Under the pieces are notes generated by a model. It did no database searches. It was not told the DNA's origin and saw only the letters and a program-made list of their open reading frames with translations. Source: Candidatus Krumholzibacteriota bacterium (GTDB taxonomy: Bacteria > Krumholzibacteriota > Krumholzibacteriia > JAJRXK01). Taken from it: a stretch of DNA of 64,000 bases. The DNA lies in NCBI GenBank assembly GCA_963764625.1, contig CAVXTH010000007.1, forward strand, positions 64,001-128,000. Direction: 5' to 3'. Positions 9,367 to 17,496 of the stretch are shown one piece after another (position 1 is the first letter of the stretch; the number at the start of each line of letters is the position of its first letter). Position numbers and translations under genes: made by a program.

Positions 9367-10212
9367 ATGCAGAATGAATGCTGGAAAGTCGAGGTCCTCA
9401 GCGACGGCATCTATCTGCTCGACGGCGGTTCCATGTTCGGAGTGGTCCCGCGCGTGCTATGGGAGAAGAAACATCCGCCGGACGAAAAGAACCGCATCAT
9501 CCTGGCCTTGAATTGTCTTCTTTTGCGCAGCAAGGAGAGAATCGTCCTGGTGGACAACGGAATGGGCGATGGCTGGAGCGAAAAGGACCTGGCCATCTAT
9601 GGTTTGCAGCGACCGAACGGAGGTCTCGTCGACGACCTTGCCCGCCACGGTTTGAAGCCCGAGCAGATCACGGACGTCATTCTCACCCACCTGCATTTCG
9701 ATCACGCGGGGGGAACCATCACGCACCAAGAGGGCGAGCCCAGGCTCACTTTTCCCAATGCGATGCACTGGCTTCAGGACTCGAACTTGCGCTGGGCGGA
9801 GCAACCCACCGAACGAGATCGCGCGAGCTATCTGCGGCCGCGCTGGGAACTCTTGTTGGCCGAAGAAGGGCGCCTGAAATTGGTGGACGGCGCTCAGGAG
9901 ATCATGCCCGGAATCCGCACCATTCCGGTGAGCGGCCACACCCCCGGACAGCAACTCGTCGTCGTGAACGGCGAAAATGGGCAGGTGCTCTTCGCGGGCG
10001 ATCTCATTCCCTACGCCAGCCAACTGCGCATTCCCTGGATCATGGCCTACGATCTGAACCCCCTGCTCACTCTCAGCGAGAAGAAGGACATTCTGGCCCG
10101 CGCCGCGGCCGAAGATTGGATCCTGGTGTTCGAACACGACGCCGAGATCCCGGCCGCCAGGATCGAGTCCTCCGACCGCGGGTACGCGGTCCGCGAGCGG
10201 GTGGAGTTCTGA
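9367..10212 (+). CDS. Metallo-beta-lactamase-fold hydrolase (YtnP-like)
   Basis: LDGGSMFGVVP, THLHFDHAGG, GHTPG, GDLIP, FEHD; start could be 9325 or 9367. Confidence 0.85.
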   Translation: MQNECWKVEVLSDGIYLLDGGSMFGVVPRVLWEKKHPPDEKNRIILALNCLLLRSKERIVLVDNGMGDGWSEKDLAIYGLQRPNGGLVDDLARHGLKPEQITDVILTHLHFDHAGGTITHQEGEPRLTFPNAMHWLQDSNLRWAEQPTERDRASYLRPRWELLLAEEGRLKLVDGAQEIMPGIRTIPVSGHTPGQQLVVVNGENGQVLFAGDLIPYASQLRIPWIMAYDLNPLLTLSEKKDILARAAAEDWILVFEHDAEIPAARIESSDRGYAVRERVEF

Positions 10213-10213
10213 G

Positions 10214-11110
10214 GTGGCCAAGAGCGAGCGTACCCGGCACGTGATGGGAGAGCCGCGCCTGGGCAAACCAGAGTGGCTCAGAGTGAAGCCCCGTGCCGGA
10301 AAGGACTATTTCGAGCTGCGGCGACTCTTCCGTGACAAGCAACTGCGCACCATTTGCAGCGAAGCGAAGTGTCCGAACACGGCGGAATGCTGGGGCCAAC
10401 GTACCGCGAGTTTTCTCATTCTCGGAGAGAGATGCACGCGTCGCTGCACCTTCTGCAACGTGGGCTATGGATGGAGCGGAGAGCTCGATCTCGATGAACC
10501 GCGCCGCCTCGCCGAGGGAGTGGCCTCGCTGGATCTGCGACACGTGGTTCTCACTTCCGTCGATCGCGACGATCTGGACGACGGCGGAGCCTCCGTCTTC
10601 GTCGAGAGCATTCGCAGACTGCGCGACCTGAGCGAGGATCTCCGAGTAGAGGTGCTCACCCCCGACTTCGCCAACAAGGAAGGCGCTCTGGGCCGTGTGC
10701 TCGACGCCGGTCCGGACGTGTTCGCGCACAATCTGGAAACCGTCGAGCGGCTCTATCCCGGAGTGCGACCGCGCTCTTCGTACGCGGGTTCGCTCGAAGT
10801 GCTCCGCACGGCGGATCGCCATTCGAAACGACCGGTGGTGAAGACGGGAATCATGGTGGGTTTGGGGGAGACCATGGACGAGATCGAGCAGCTCATGCGC
10901 GACGCCCGCGCAGCGGGAGTGGAGATCTTGACGGTGGGCCAGTATCTCCAACCGAGTCCGCGTCACCACCGAGTCGAGCGATTCTATCCTCCCGACGAAT
11001 TCCAGGAGATCGCCCGGCGCGGCCGGAGCCTCGGTCTGTCCTGGGTCGAATCGGGTCCTCTGGTGCGATCTTCCTATCATGCCGCGCAGCAACACGGAGC
11101 CCTCGCTTAG
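10214..11110 (+). CDS. lipA: Lipoyl synthase
   Basis: CSEAKCPNTAEC (CX4CX5C), CTRRCTFC (radical SAM) and C-terminal RSSY. Confidence 0.95.
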   Translation: MAKSERTRHVMGEPRLGKPEWLRVKPRAGKDYFELRRLFRDKQLRTICSEAKCPNTAECWGQRTASFLILGERCTRRCTFCNVGYGWSGELDLDEPRRLAEGVASLDLRHVVLTSVDRDDLDDGGASVFVESIRRLRDLSEDLRVEVLTPDFANKEGALGRVLDAGPDVFAHNLETVERLYPGVRPRSSYAGSLEVLRTADRHSKRPVVKTGIMVGLGETMDEIEQLMRDARAAGVEILTVGQYLQPSPRHHRVERFYPPDEFQEIARRGRSLGLSWVESGPLVRSSYHAAQQHGALA

Positions 11111-11117
11111 GCGCCCG

Positions 11118-12473
11118 ATGGCCCTGCCGGCGCGGCAGTGGGCCGCGGTGGCAGTCCTGGCCCTCGGCGTGCTGGCCGCGGTAGGTGGGGGCCTCTGGCA
11201 GTTCGACCGGCACGCGGGCGATTACCTCCGCGAGGCACTGGGGAACCAGCTCCAGGATCAGGCGGTGGGCGTGGCCTCGACCATCGCGGGCGACTCCTTG
11301 GCCTTCTGGGCCCTGCGAAGCGAGGACCCGAGTTGGCAGACGCCTCTCTTGAAATCACTGGGGCGCATTCGCCAGGATAACGAACTCGCCAACATCTTCA
11401 TCTGTCTTCCCGAAGGCAGAGTGGTATTGGACGTGAGCCAGAGTCTCGTCCCCGGCAGCACCAATCCTTTTCTCGCTCTGGACCCGGCCGAAATCGAGGC
11501 AGCCCGCTCGGGAATCGCGAGTCATTCGCAGCTCTATCATCCCCTCGGGGATCGTTACTTCATGACCGGTTACGCACCAATCTTCGACGCGTTGGACGAA
11601 GTGGCCGGTTTCGTGGGGGTGGACGCCAGCGTCGGGTACTTCGATGCTCTTCACGATCTGCGCCGCAGCCTTCTGCTCATCGGCGGGACGGTCGTCGCAC
11701 TGGTGGCTCTGTTGATGATTCTCTGGGTGGGTTACGCTCGACGTCTCGCGCGGGCTCGCAACCTCCTCTTGCGCCACGAGACACTCTCTGCCATGGGACG
11801 AATGGCGGCAGGAATCGCCCACGAGATTCGCAATCCGCTGGGCATCATCAAGAACACGGCTCAGTTGCTCAGGGAAGACCTACAGGAGCAAGGCGTGAAC
11901 GCGGAGATGATCGACTACATCCCCGAGGAGGTCGACCGTCTGAACGAAATCCTGACCGGCTACCTCGACTTCGCCCGTCAAGCGCCCGCTCATTTCGCCG
12001 AGTTAGACCTCACAAATCTCCTTCAACGCACGCTCCGCTTACTGCAGCAGGATTTTCGAGACATCGGCGTCGATGCGATGGATAGCCTGAGCGACTGTCG
12101 CGCCCTGATGATCGAAGGTGACAAGAGAAGACTCCAGCAGGTCTTCCTGAACCTCTTTCTCAACGCGCTGCAGGCCATGCCCCAAGGGGGGACTCTCGGG
12201 GTCGAGCTCGAGGAAAGTGCGGATTTCGTCACCGTCAAAGTCAGCGACTCCGGGGTGGGACTCGCGCAGGAGGACAGCACGCGCGTCTTCGAGCCGTTCG
12301 TCACCACGAAAGAAAAGGGAAGCGGATTGGGCTTGAGTGTGGTGAAACGGATCGTGGTGGAGGATCATGGGGGTAGCGTCGAATTGGAAGGGAGACCCGG
12401 AGGTGGTGCGGTGGCCACGGTCGTCCTGCCCCGGCGGCGCGGGGGGAAATCCAAATCGCAAAGAGGAGAGTAG
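11118..12473 (+). CDS. Membrane sensor histidine kinase (NtrB/HisKA type)
   Basis: Two TM segments around a periplasmic domain; H-box AHEIRNPL, N-box NLFLNA, DSGVG, FEPF and GSGLGL. Confidence 0.9.
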   Translation: MALPARQWAAVAVLALGVLAAVGGGLWQFDRHAGDYLREALGNQLQDQAVGVASTIAGDSLAFWALRSEDPSWQTPLLKSLGRIRQDNELANIFICLPEGRVVLDVSQSLVPGSTNPFLALDPAEIEAARSGIASHSQLYHPLGDRYFMTGYAPIFDALDEVAGFVGVDASVGYFDALHDLRRSLLLIGGTVVALVALLMILWVGYARRLARARNLLLRHETLSAMGRMAAGIAHEIRNPLGIIKNTAQLLREDLQEQGVNAEMIDYIPEEVDRLNEILTGYLDFARQAPAHFAELDLTNLLQRTLRLLQQDFRDIGVDAMDSLSDCRALMIEGDKRRLQQVFLNLFLNALQAMPQGGTLGVELEESADFVTVKVSDSGVGLAQEDSTRVFEPFVTTKEKGSGLGLSVVKRIVVEDHGGSVELEGRPGGGAVATVVLPRRRGGKSKSQRGE

Positions 12474-12474
12474 A

Positions 12475-13842
12475 GTGGCCCGGATTCTGGTGGTGGATGA
12501 CGAATCCAAAATGCAGGAGCTCCTGGCGAAAGCCCTCGCCCGGCGGGGTCACGAAGTACGCACCGCGGGCGATGGCGTGGCGGCGATCGCGCAGTTGGAG
12601 GAGTCCGAGGCCGAAGTCGTGTTCTCCGATCTTCGAATGCCCGGCCTCGACGGTGTCGAACTGCTCGCCAAAGTGCGTGAACGCTGGCCGAATACTCGAC
12701 TCGTCATCATGACCGGTCACGGTGACGACGTGCGTACCGCGGTCGAGGCCATGAAGTTGGGAGCCTACGACTACCTCACCAAACCGCTCGATCTGGAGGA
12801 GGTGGCGATCATCGCCCAGCGAGCCGCGCAGGAGCGCGAGCTCTCTCTGGAGAATGCCCGCTTGCGCGGTGTGGTTCACCGCCAGAACCAGGGCAAGGAG
12901 ATGGTGGGGGAGAGCGAGGCGATGGCGCGGGTACGCGAACTCGTACTGAAGGTCGCGCCGACCGACGCGACGGTTCTCGTTCGCGGCGAGAGTGGCACCG
13001 GGAAGGAATTGACGGCCCGGGCGATTCACCAGTACAGCAAGCGAGCCAAACGGCCCTTCTTGGCCGTCAATTGTGCCGCCATCGCGGATACCCTGCTCGA
13101 GAGCGAACTCTTCGGTTACGTGAAAGGTGCGTTCACTGGGGCGGATCAAAACAAGGCCGGTCTCTTCGAACTGGCCGACAAGGGAACGCTCTTTCTGGAC
13201 GAGATCGCCGAGGCGAATGCTTCGGTGCAGGCCAAGTTGCTCCGAGCGCTCGAGGAAAAACGCTTCCTCCCGGTGGGCGCTCACCGTGAGATCGAAGTGG
13301 ACGTCCGGATCGTCGCCGCCACCAACAAGGACCTCGAGTCTCTCATCGCGGATAACCGATTTCGCGAGGACCTCTTCTACCGCTTCAACGTGTTTCCAGT
13401 GGAAGTCCCGCCCTTGCGCAACCGCATCGAGGATCTGCCGGGTCTGGTGGGACACTTTTTGAGTGGTTTCGGCCGCGATCCGAACGAGATCAGTCCCGAA
13501 GTCTTCGCCCGTCTGCGCGCGTACCCGTGGCCGGGTAACGTGCGGGAGTTGCGGAACATCCTGGAGCGAGCGCACATCCTGGCGCAGGGGGAAGCGATCG
13601 GGCTGGGGCATGTGCTCCTGCCCGAAAGGCTCGGTGGGAGCGACCAGGAGCTGCTGGGCGCAAGACCGCTCAACCTTCGTATCGAGGACCATGAGCGGCG
13701 ACTCATCCGCCTGGCCCTGAACCGGGCGGGGGGGAACAAGACCAAGGCGGCCGAGCTTCTGGGGCTGTCACGCCGGGCCCTCTACAGCCGGATGGAGCGC
13801 CTGCAACTGCCGATCGAAGGCACCCCCGAGGAGGGCGACTAG
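12475..13842 (+). CDS. Sigma54-dependent response regulator (NtrC family enhancer-binding protein)
   Basis: REC domain (VVDD, SDLRMP, KP), Walker A GESGTGKE, GAFTGA loop, LFLDEI, WPGNVREL and Fis-type HTH; GTG two bases after the kinase stop. Confidence 0.93.
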   Translation: MARILVVDDESKMQELLAKALARRGHEVRTAGDGVAAIAQLEESEAEVVFSDLRMPGLDGVELLAKVRERWPNTRLVIMTGHGDDVRTAVEAMKLGAYDYLTKPLDLEEVAIIAQRAAQERELSLENARLRGVVHRQNQGKEMVGESEAMARVRELVLKVAPTDATVLVRGESGTGKELTARAIHQYSKRAKRPFLAVNCAAIADTLLESELFGYVKGAFTGADQNKAGLFELADKGTLFLDEIAEANASVQAKLLRALEEKRFLPVGAHREIEVDVRIVAATNKDLESLIADNRFREDLFYRFNVFPVEVPPLRNRIEDLPGLVGHFLSGFGRDPNEISPEVFARLRAYPWPGNVRELRNILERAHILAQGEAIGLGHVLLPERLGGSDQELLGARPLNLRIEDHERRLIRLALNRAGGNKTKAAELLGLSRRALYSRMERLQLPIEGTPEEGD

Positions 13843-13864
13843 GGCGCCGGCTGCAGCCGGTTGG

Positions 13865-13899
13865 CGTCCCAGCCGGGACAGAGTGTCCCTGAGGGTACA
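13865..13899 (+). promoter_or_regulatory. Tandem candidate enhancer (UAS) boxes for a sigma54 activator
   Basis: CGT-CCCAGCCGGG-ACA (13865-13880) and TGT-CCCTGAGGGT-ACA (13884-13899), both (T/C)GT-N10-ACA dyads. Confidence 0.55.
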
Positions 13900-14017
13900 A
13901 GCACGACGGGGGATCGAGAGGGGTGAAGGGGAAAGAGAGGCCTTGGCTGGTCGCTCAACCCCATGTAAACAATGAAGTTCGAGTCAGCTTGCCGGTAAAG
14001 GGGTCAGGGGGGGCCGG

Positions 14018-14034
14018 TGGGAATGAGCATTGCA
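14018..14034 (+). promoter_or_regulatory. Candidate sigma54 (-24/-12) promoter
   Basis: TG-GG-AATGAGCATT-GC-A: GG-N10-GC spacing with TTGCA at -12; about 120 bp downstream of the UAS boxes and about 50 bp upstream of ATG 14082. Confidence 0.5.
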
Positions 14035-14081
14035 GCAAACGGGGCAAACGATCCATTCTGGAGAATCCAGGAGCGCCGATC

Positions 14082-15173
14082 ATGAGAGCCATGCGTGCCT
14101 ACCCACAGCCTCGCCCCCTTCGTCCCCTCTGGGCGGGCCTCGCCTTGATCGCCCTGTGGAGCCTCGTTCTGGGCACGGCCCCCGCGCGCGCCGCGGACGA
14201 CAGAGATCTTCTGAGCGCCGAATTGGAGCGGACGGATTTGGTGCTGGAGCACGTTGAGGAGAGCGTGCGCGAGTCGAACAACCCCCGCCTCCACGAGCTC
14301 TTCAAGGAAGCGGTGGCGGTCCAGGATCTCGCGAAGAAACTCTTCGATGCCAGCCCGACCTCGATTGACGCCGTGGGCAAGCTCCGTGTTCTCGGTTTGA
14401 CGCGTCGCTCGCGAGACATGGCCCTCAGAATTCAGCGTGAAATTCGCAAGGACGTGACCTACCAGGAGCAGGCCCGCCGCCTTCTCGAACGGTCCCGCAC
14501 TCTTCTGGAGAGAATCGACGAGAATCGCGACAGCATCCGTGACCCACGGGTGCTGGCCGTACTCGACAAGGCTCGCCGACAATTGGCGACGGCGGAACAG
14601 CAGTATGCGGACGGAAATTTCCAGGCCGCTCTCCGCCTCGCGGATTCTGCCAACGCGATGCTACGGAATCTGGTGGAAGCGGCGCGAGACAAGATGAGTG
14701 TCGCGCGGGTGGAGAGTGAACTCGATCGAACCGACATCTTGCTCCAGCGAGCCAAGGATCGCCTCGAAGATAGCCGTGGCAAGACTCATCAGCTCCTCGA
14801 ACAGGCAACCACGATTCAACGCCGCGCGCGGGAAGCGGCCTCAGCGGAACGCCTGCAGCAGGCAATGAAACTCACCCGTCAGGCTCGCAAGCTGCTGCGG
14901 GAAGCGCTGGGAGACAGCGCCGATTCGGTGAGCCAGGCCGATTTCCAGCAGGCGCTCCAGCGTTTCGACGCGCGATTGGAACGTCTAAAAGACGAGAACG
15001 AAGGCGGACTGTCCGGCCCCGCGGAAGATCTGGTGAATCAGGCGTTGCAGTCGCGAGAGCGCGCGATGCAGGCCTCGAATTCGCAGGACTACGCGAGCGC
15101 GCTGGCCCGGATTCGCGTGGGGCTCGATCTTCTCAACCGAGCGGGGCGACTGCTCGGGTCGAGTTCCGGATAG
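14082..15173 (+). CDS. Secreted all-alpha protein with four ~80-aa helical repeats, function unknown
   Basis: Signal peptide ending ARA-A; repeat units starting AELERTD, RRLLERSR, SELDRTD and QALQRFD; RBS AGGAG. Confidence 0.7.
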   Translation: MRAMRAYPQPRPLRPLWAGLALIALWSLVLGTAPARAADDRDLLSAELERTDLVLEHVEESVRESNNPRLHELFKEAVAVQDLAKKLFDASPTSIDAVGKLRVLGLTRRSRDMALRIQREIRKDVTYQEQARRLLERSRTLLERIDENRDSIRDPRVLAVLDKARRQLATAEQQYADGNFQAALRLADSANAMLRNLVEAARDKMSVARVESELDRTDILLQRAKDRLEDSRGKTHQLLEQATTIQRRAREAASAERLQQAMKLTRQARKLLREALGDSADSVSQADFQQALQRFDARLERLKDENEGGLSGPAEDLVNQALQSRERAMQASNSQDYASALARIRVGLDLLNRAGRLLGSSSG

Positions 15174-15179
15174 ACCGTC

Positions 15180-16499
15180 GTGGGAAGGGGGGACTCGCTG
15201 AGCTTGATTGCTCTTGCTCTTTTGGCGGCAATGCTCACCCTTGTCGCCGCCGTTGCTCACGCCGATACTCCCAGACTTCAGAGCGAAGTCGAAGTGGGTT
15301 ACGATCGCTTCGCTCAGGTCTTCCGGATCACCGACTCGATTCTCCTCGATTCACTCAGTCCCACCGCCGTCTTGCGCAGTAGCTCGAAGGACACCACTGA
15401 CGTCTTCACCGAATTCAGGGCCCAAGGCGAACTGAGACTGCAAAGGCCCAAGGGCACGCATCGCTACGATCTTCTCCTTTTGGGCTCGTTGGGCTCCTCG
15501 CTCAACCGCGCCACTTTCGACGGCGTGTATCGCTACTGGCCCGAAAAAAGCCCCACGAGCTGGGATCTGGAAGCAAAGGTGGAGGGGAGACAGTTTCGAT
15601 CCGACTCGTCCTTCAGCCTGAACCACGACAATTTGAGATCACTGCTCAGCGCACGATGGCGGCGACGCCTGTCGAACTCCCTGCAATTCGGACTCAAGCT
15701 GACAGACGAGGATCTCCGTTACGATGGGCGCAGCGATTTCGAGTACGACCAGAACCGGTGGACCGCCAGCAGTCTCATGAGTTTGAATCGAGGGCTGGAC
15801 CTCACTCTCGACTTCGAGGCCGGAGGAGGTGCCCGCGCGGTTCCCGACAGCACCGAGATAGGCTATGAACGGGGATTTTTCAACGCGGACGCGCTGTGGA
15901 TCTTCGGGTCAGGCCATTCTCTGTCTCTCTTCTCGGCTTTCGAGCGCCGTGTCTTTCACGACCCCAGCGCGCGCTCGCCCTACTGGGATCTGGTGCTCCA
16001 GCCCCAGCTTCGCATTCTGCTCGACTCCGTCTGGCGTTTGAATCTCGACCTCGCGCAGGAACTCCTGTTGTACGACGTCGATGGTGAGGTCTACAAGGAC
16101 ACCTGGCTCGGACAAGTGGGCGTGTGCCTCTCGCGCCGCTTCGGCCAGCTCGAACTCGGGCTCGAACCGACTTGGTCCTGGGATTCGTCGCCCCGTTACG
16201 CCGACGACGAGTACCATCAACCCTCCGCGATCGTGAAGGCCGATCTCTACGGCACCGGCCGGCTCTGGTTCACCCTCAGCGAGGAGATCGGGCGCCGGTT
16301 CTACGAGGGCGCTCCGGAGGGATCCGTTCAGCTCTACACGGACTACACCTTCTTCCGTACCACGCTCATGGCGACGCTCACTGTTTCGGAGACCCTCAGC
16401 CTCAGTGCTTTCGTCAGCGATCAACCGGACAACCACGTGCGGGAAGAGGACGACAGCCGGCTCACGCTGTATAGTCTCTCCTTGAGATCCAGTTTTTGA
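15180..16499 (+). CDS. Putative outer-membrane beta-barrel protein, family unknown
   Basis: Signal peptide (AHA-D); alternating amphipathic strands rich in aromatic residues; ends YSLSLRSSF with a terminal Phe. Confidence 0.7.
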   Translation: MGRGDSLSLIALALLAAMLTLVAAVAHADTPRLQSEVEVGYDRFAQVFRITDSILLDSLSPTAVLRSSSKDTTDVFTEFRAQGELRLQRPKGTHRYDLLLLGSLGSSLNRATFDGVYRYWPEKSPTSWDLEAKVEGRQFRSDSSFSLNHDNLRSLLSARWRRRLSNSLQFGLKLTDEDLRYDGRSDFEYDQNRWTASSLMSLNRGLDLTLDFEAGGGARAVPDSTEIGYERGFFNADALWIFGSGHSLSLFSAFERRVFHDPSARSPYWDLVLQPQLRILLDSVWRLNLDLAQELLLYDVDGEVYKDTWLGQVGVCLSRRFGQLELGLEPTWSWDSSPRYADDEYHQPSAIVKADLYGTGRLWFTLSEEIGRRFYEGAPEGSVQLYTDYTFFRTTLMATLTVSETLSLSAFVSDQPDNHVREEDDSRLTLYSLSLRSSF

Positions 16500-16521
16500 G
16501 CCCCTGAGCCGGGAGGGCGAG

Positions 16522-17409
16522 ATGTTGGAGCGGTCCCTGGAACTCGCCTTTCAGACGCTTCGCGAACGCGAAGACCGTCCGATTCCCTGGTGTGGTCCGT
16601 CCGAAGCTCCGTGGAGTGATCCGGAGTTCTCGCGAAACTACGCCCGCGCCGCGATTCGGGATGCCGTAACCACCGCGCAAGAGCTCGAACACATCGCGAC
16701 GGTGGCCGAGCTACCGATTCACCCGGGATCCAAGGAGGCGCGAGACATCCTCGACCTGGGCTGCGGCGACGGCCGGTTACTTCTTCCCCTCGCGCGGCTC
16801 GGACACCGAGGCTTTGGGTTCGATCTCGGACCGGCTCCGGTGAGTTCCCTGAACGATCTCGCACGTCGTCATTCGCTCGCGCTCGAGGCGATCACGGGGG
16901 ATCTTCGCGCGTGGTCACGGGGAAAGTTCTCCCTGGGTCCCAGCAGCGGCTTCGACCTGGCGCTTCTCTCCTTCGGAACTCTCGGCGCCGTCCCCAAGAT
17001 CGAGGGAGAGCAGCTGCTCTCCGCCCTCGGCCGGAGTCTGCGCAAGGGAGGAGTCGTGCATCTCGACATGGGACTCTCGGTGGGCTTCGCCGAAGAGCTG
17101 GACGGTCGACAAGAGTGGTGGACTTGCGAAGACTTCGTGCCGGGCAAGGGTCCCCAACTGGTACTCGACGATCAGATCTTCTATCCGGAAGAGAGAGTCT
17201 TCGTGCGCCGAACCTATTCCATGTTTCTCGACGGAAGTTTCCGGATCACCGAGTTGACGCAGACGAGTCAGCTCTACGAGTGTGAAGAACTGAGTACGAT
17301 GCTGCGCAAACGAGGGTTCGAAGTGGAAGAAGAAAGTGGAGACTTCCTCGGCACTCCCTATGATTCCCAGAGCAGCGAAAACCTCGTGTTGGTGGCGCGG
17401 AAAAAGTAG
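16522..17409 (+). CDS. Class I SAM-dependent methyltransferase
   Basis: ILDLGCGDGR, FDLA and LRKGG motifs; RBS GGAGG. Confidence 0.85.
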   Translation: MLERSLELAFQTLREREDRPIPWCGPSEAPWSDPEFSRNYARAAIRDAVTTAQELEHIATVAELPIHPGSKEARDILDLGCGDGRLLLPLARLGHRGFGFDLGPAPVSSLNDLARRHSLALEAITGDLRAWSRGKFSLGPSSGFDLALLSFGTLGAVPKIEGEQLLSALGRSLRKGGVVHLDMGLSVGFAEELDGRQEWWTCEDFVPGKGPQLVLDDQIFYPEERVFVRRTYSMFLDGSFRITELTQTSQLYECEELSTMLRKRGFEVEEESGDFLGTPYDSQSSENLVLVARKK

Positions 17410-17496
17410 ATGCGTTTCTGGCTCGTCATCTGCAGTATACTTCCAGAACGCTCTCATTTGGACGACTCTTGGTGGTATATGGTTTCTGGAGGTTCC

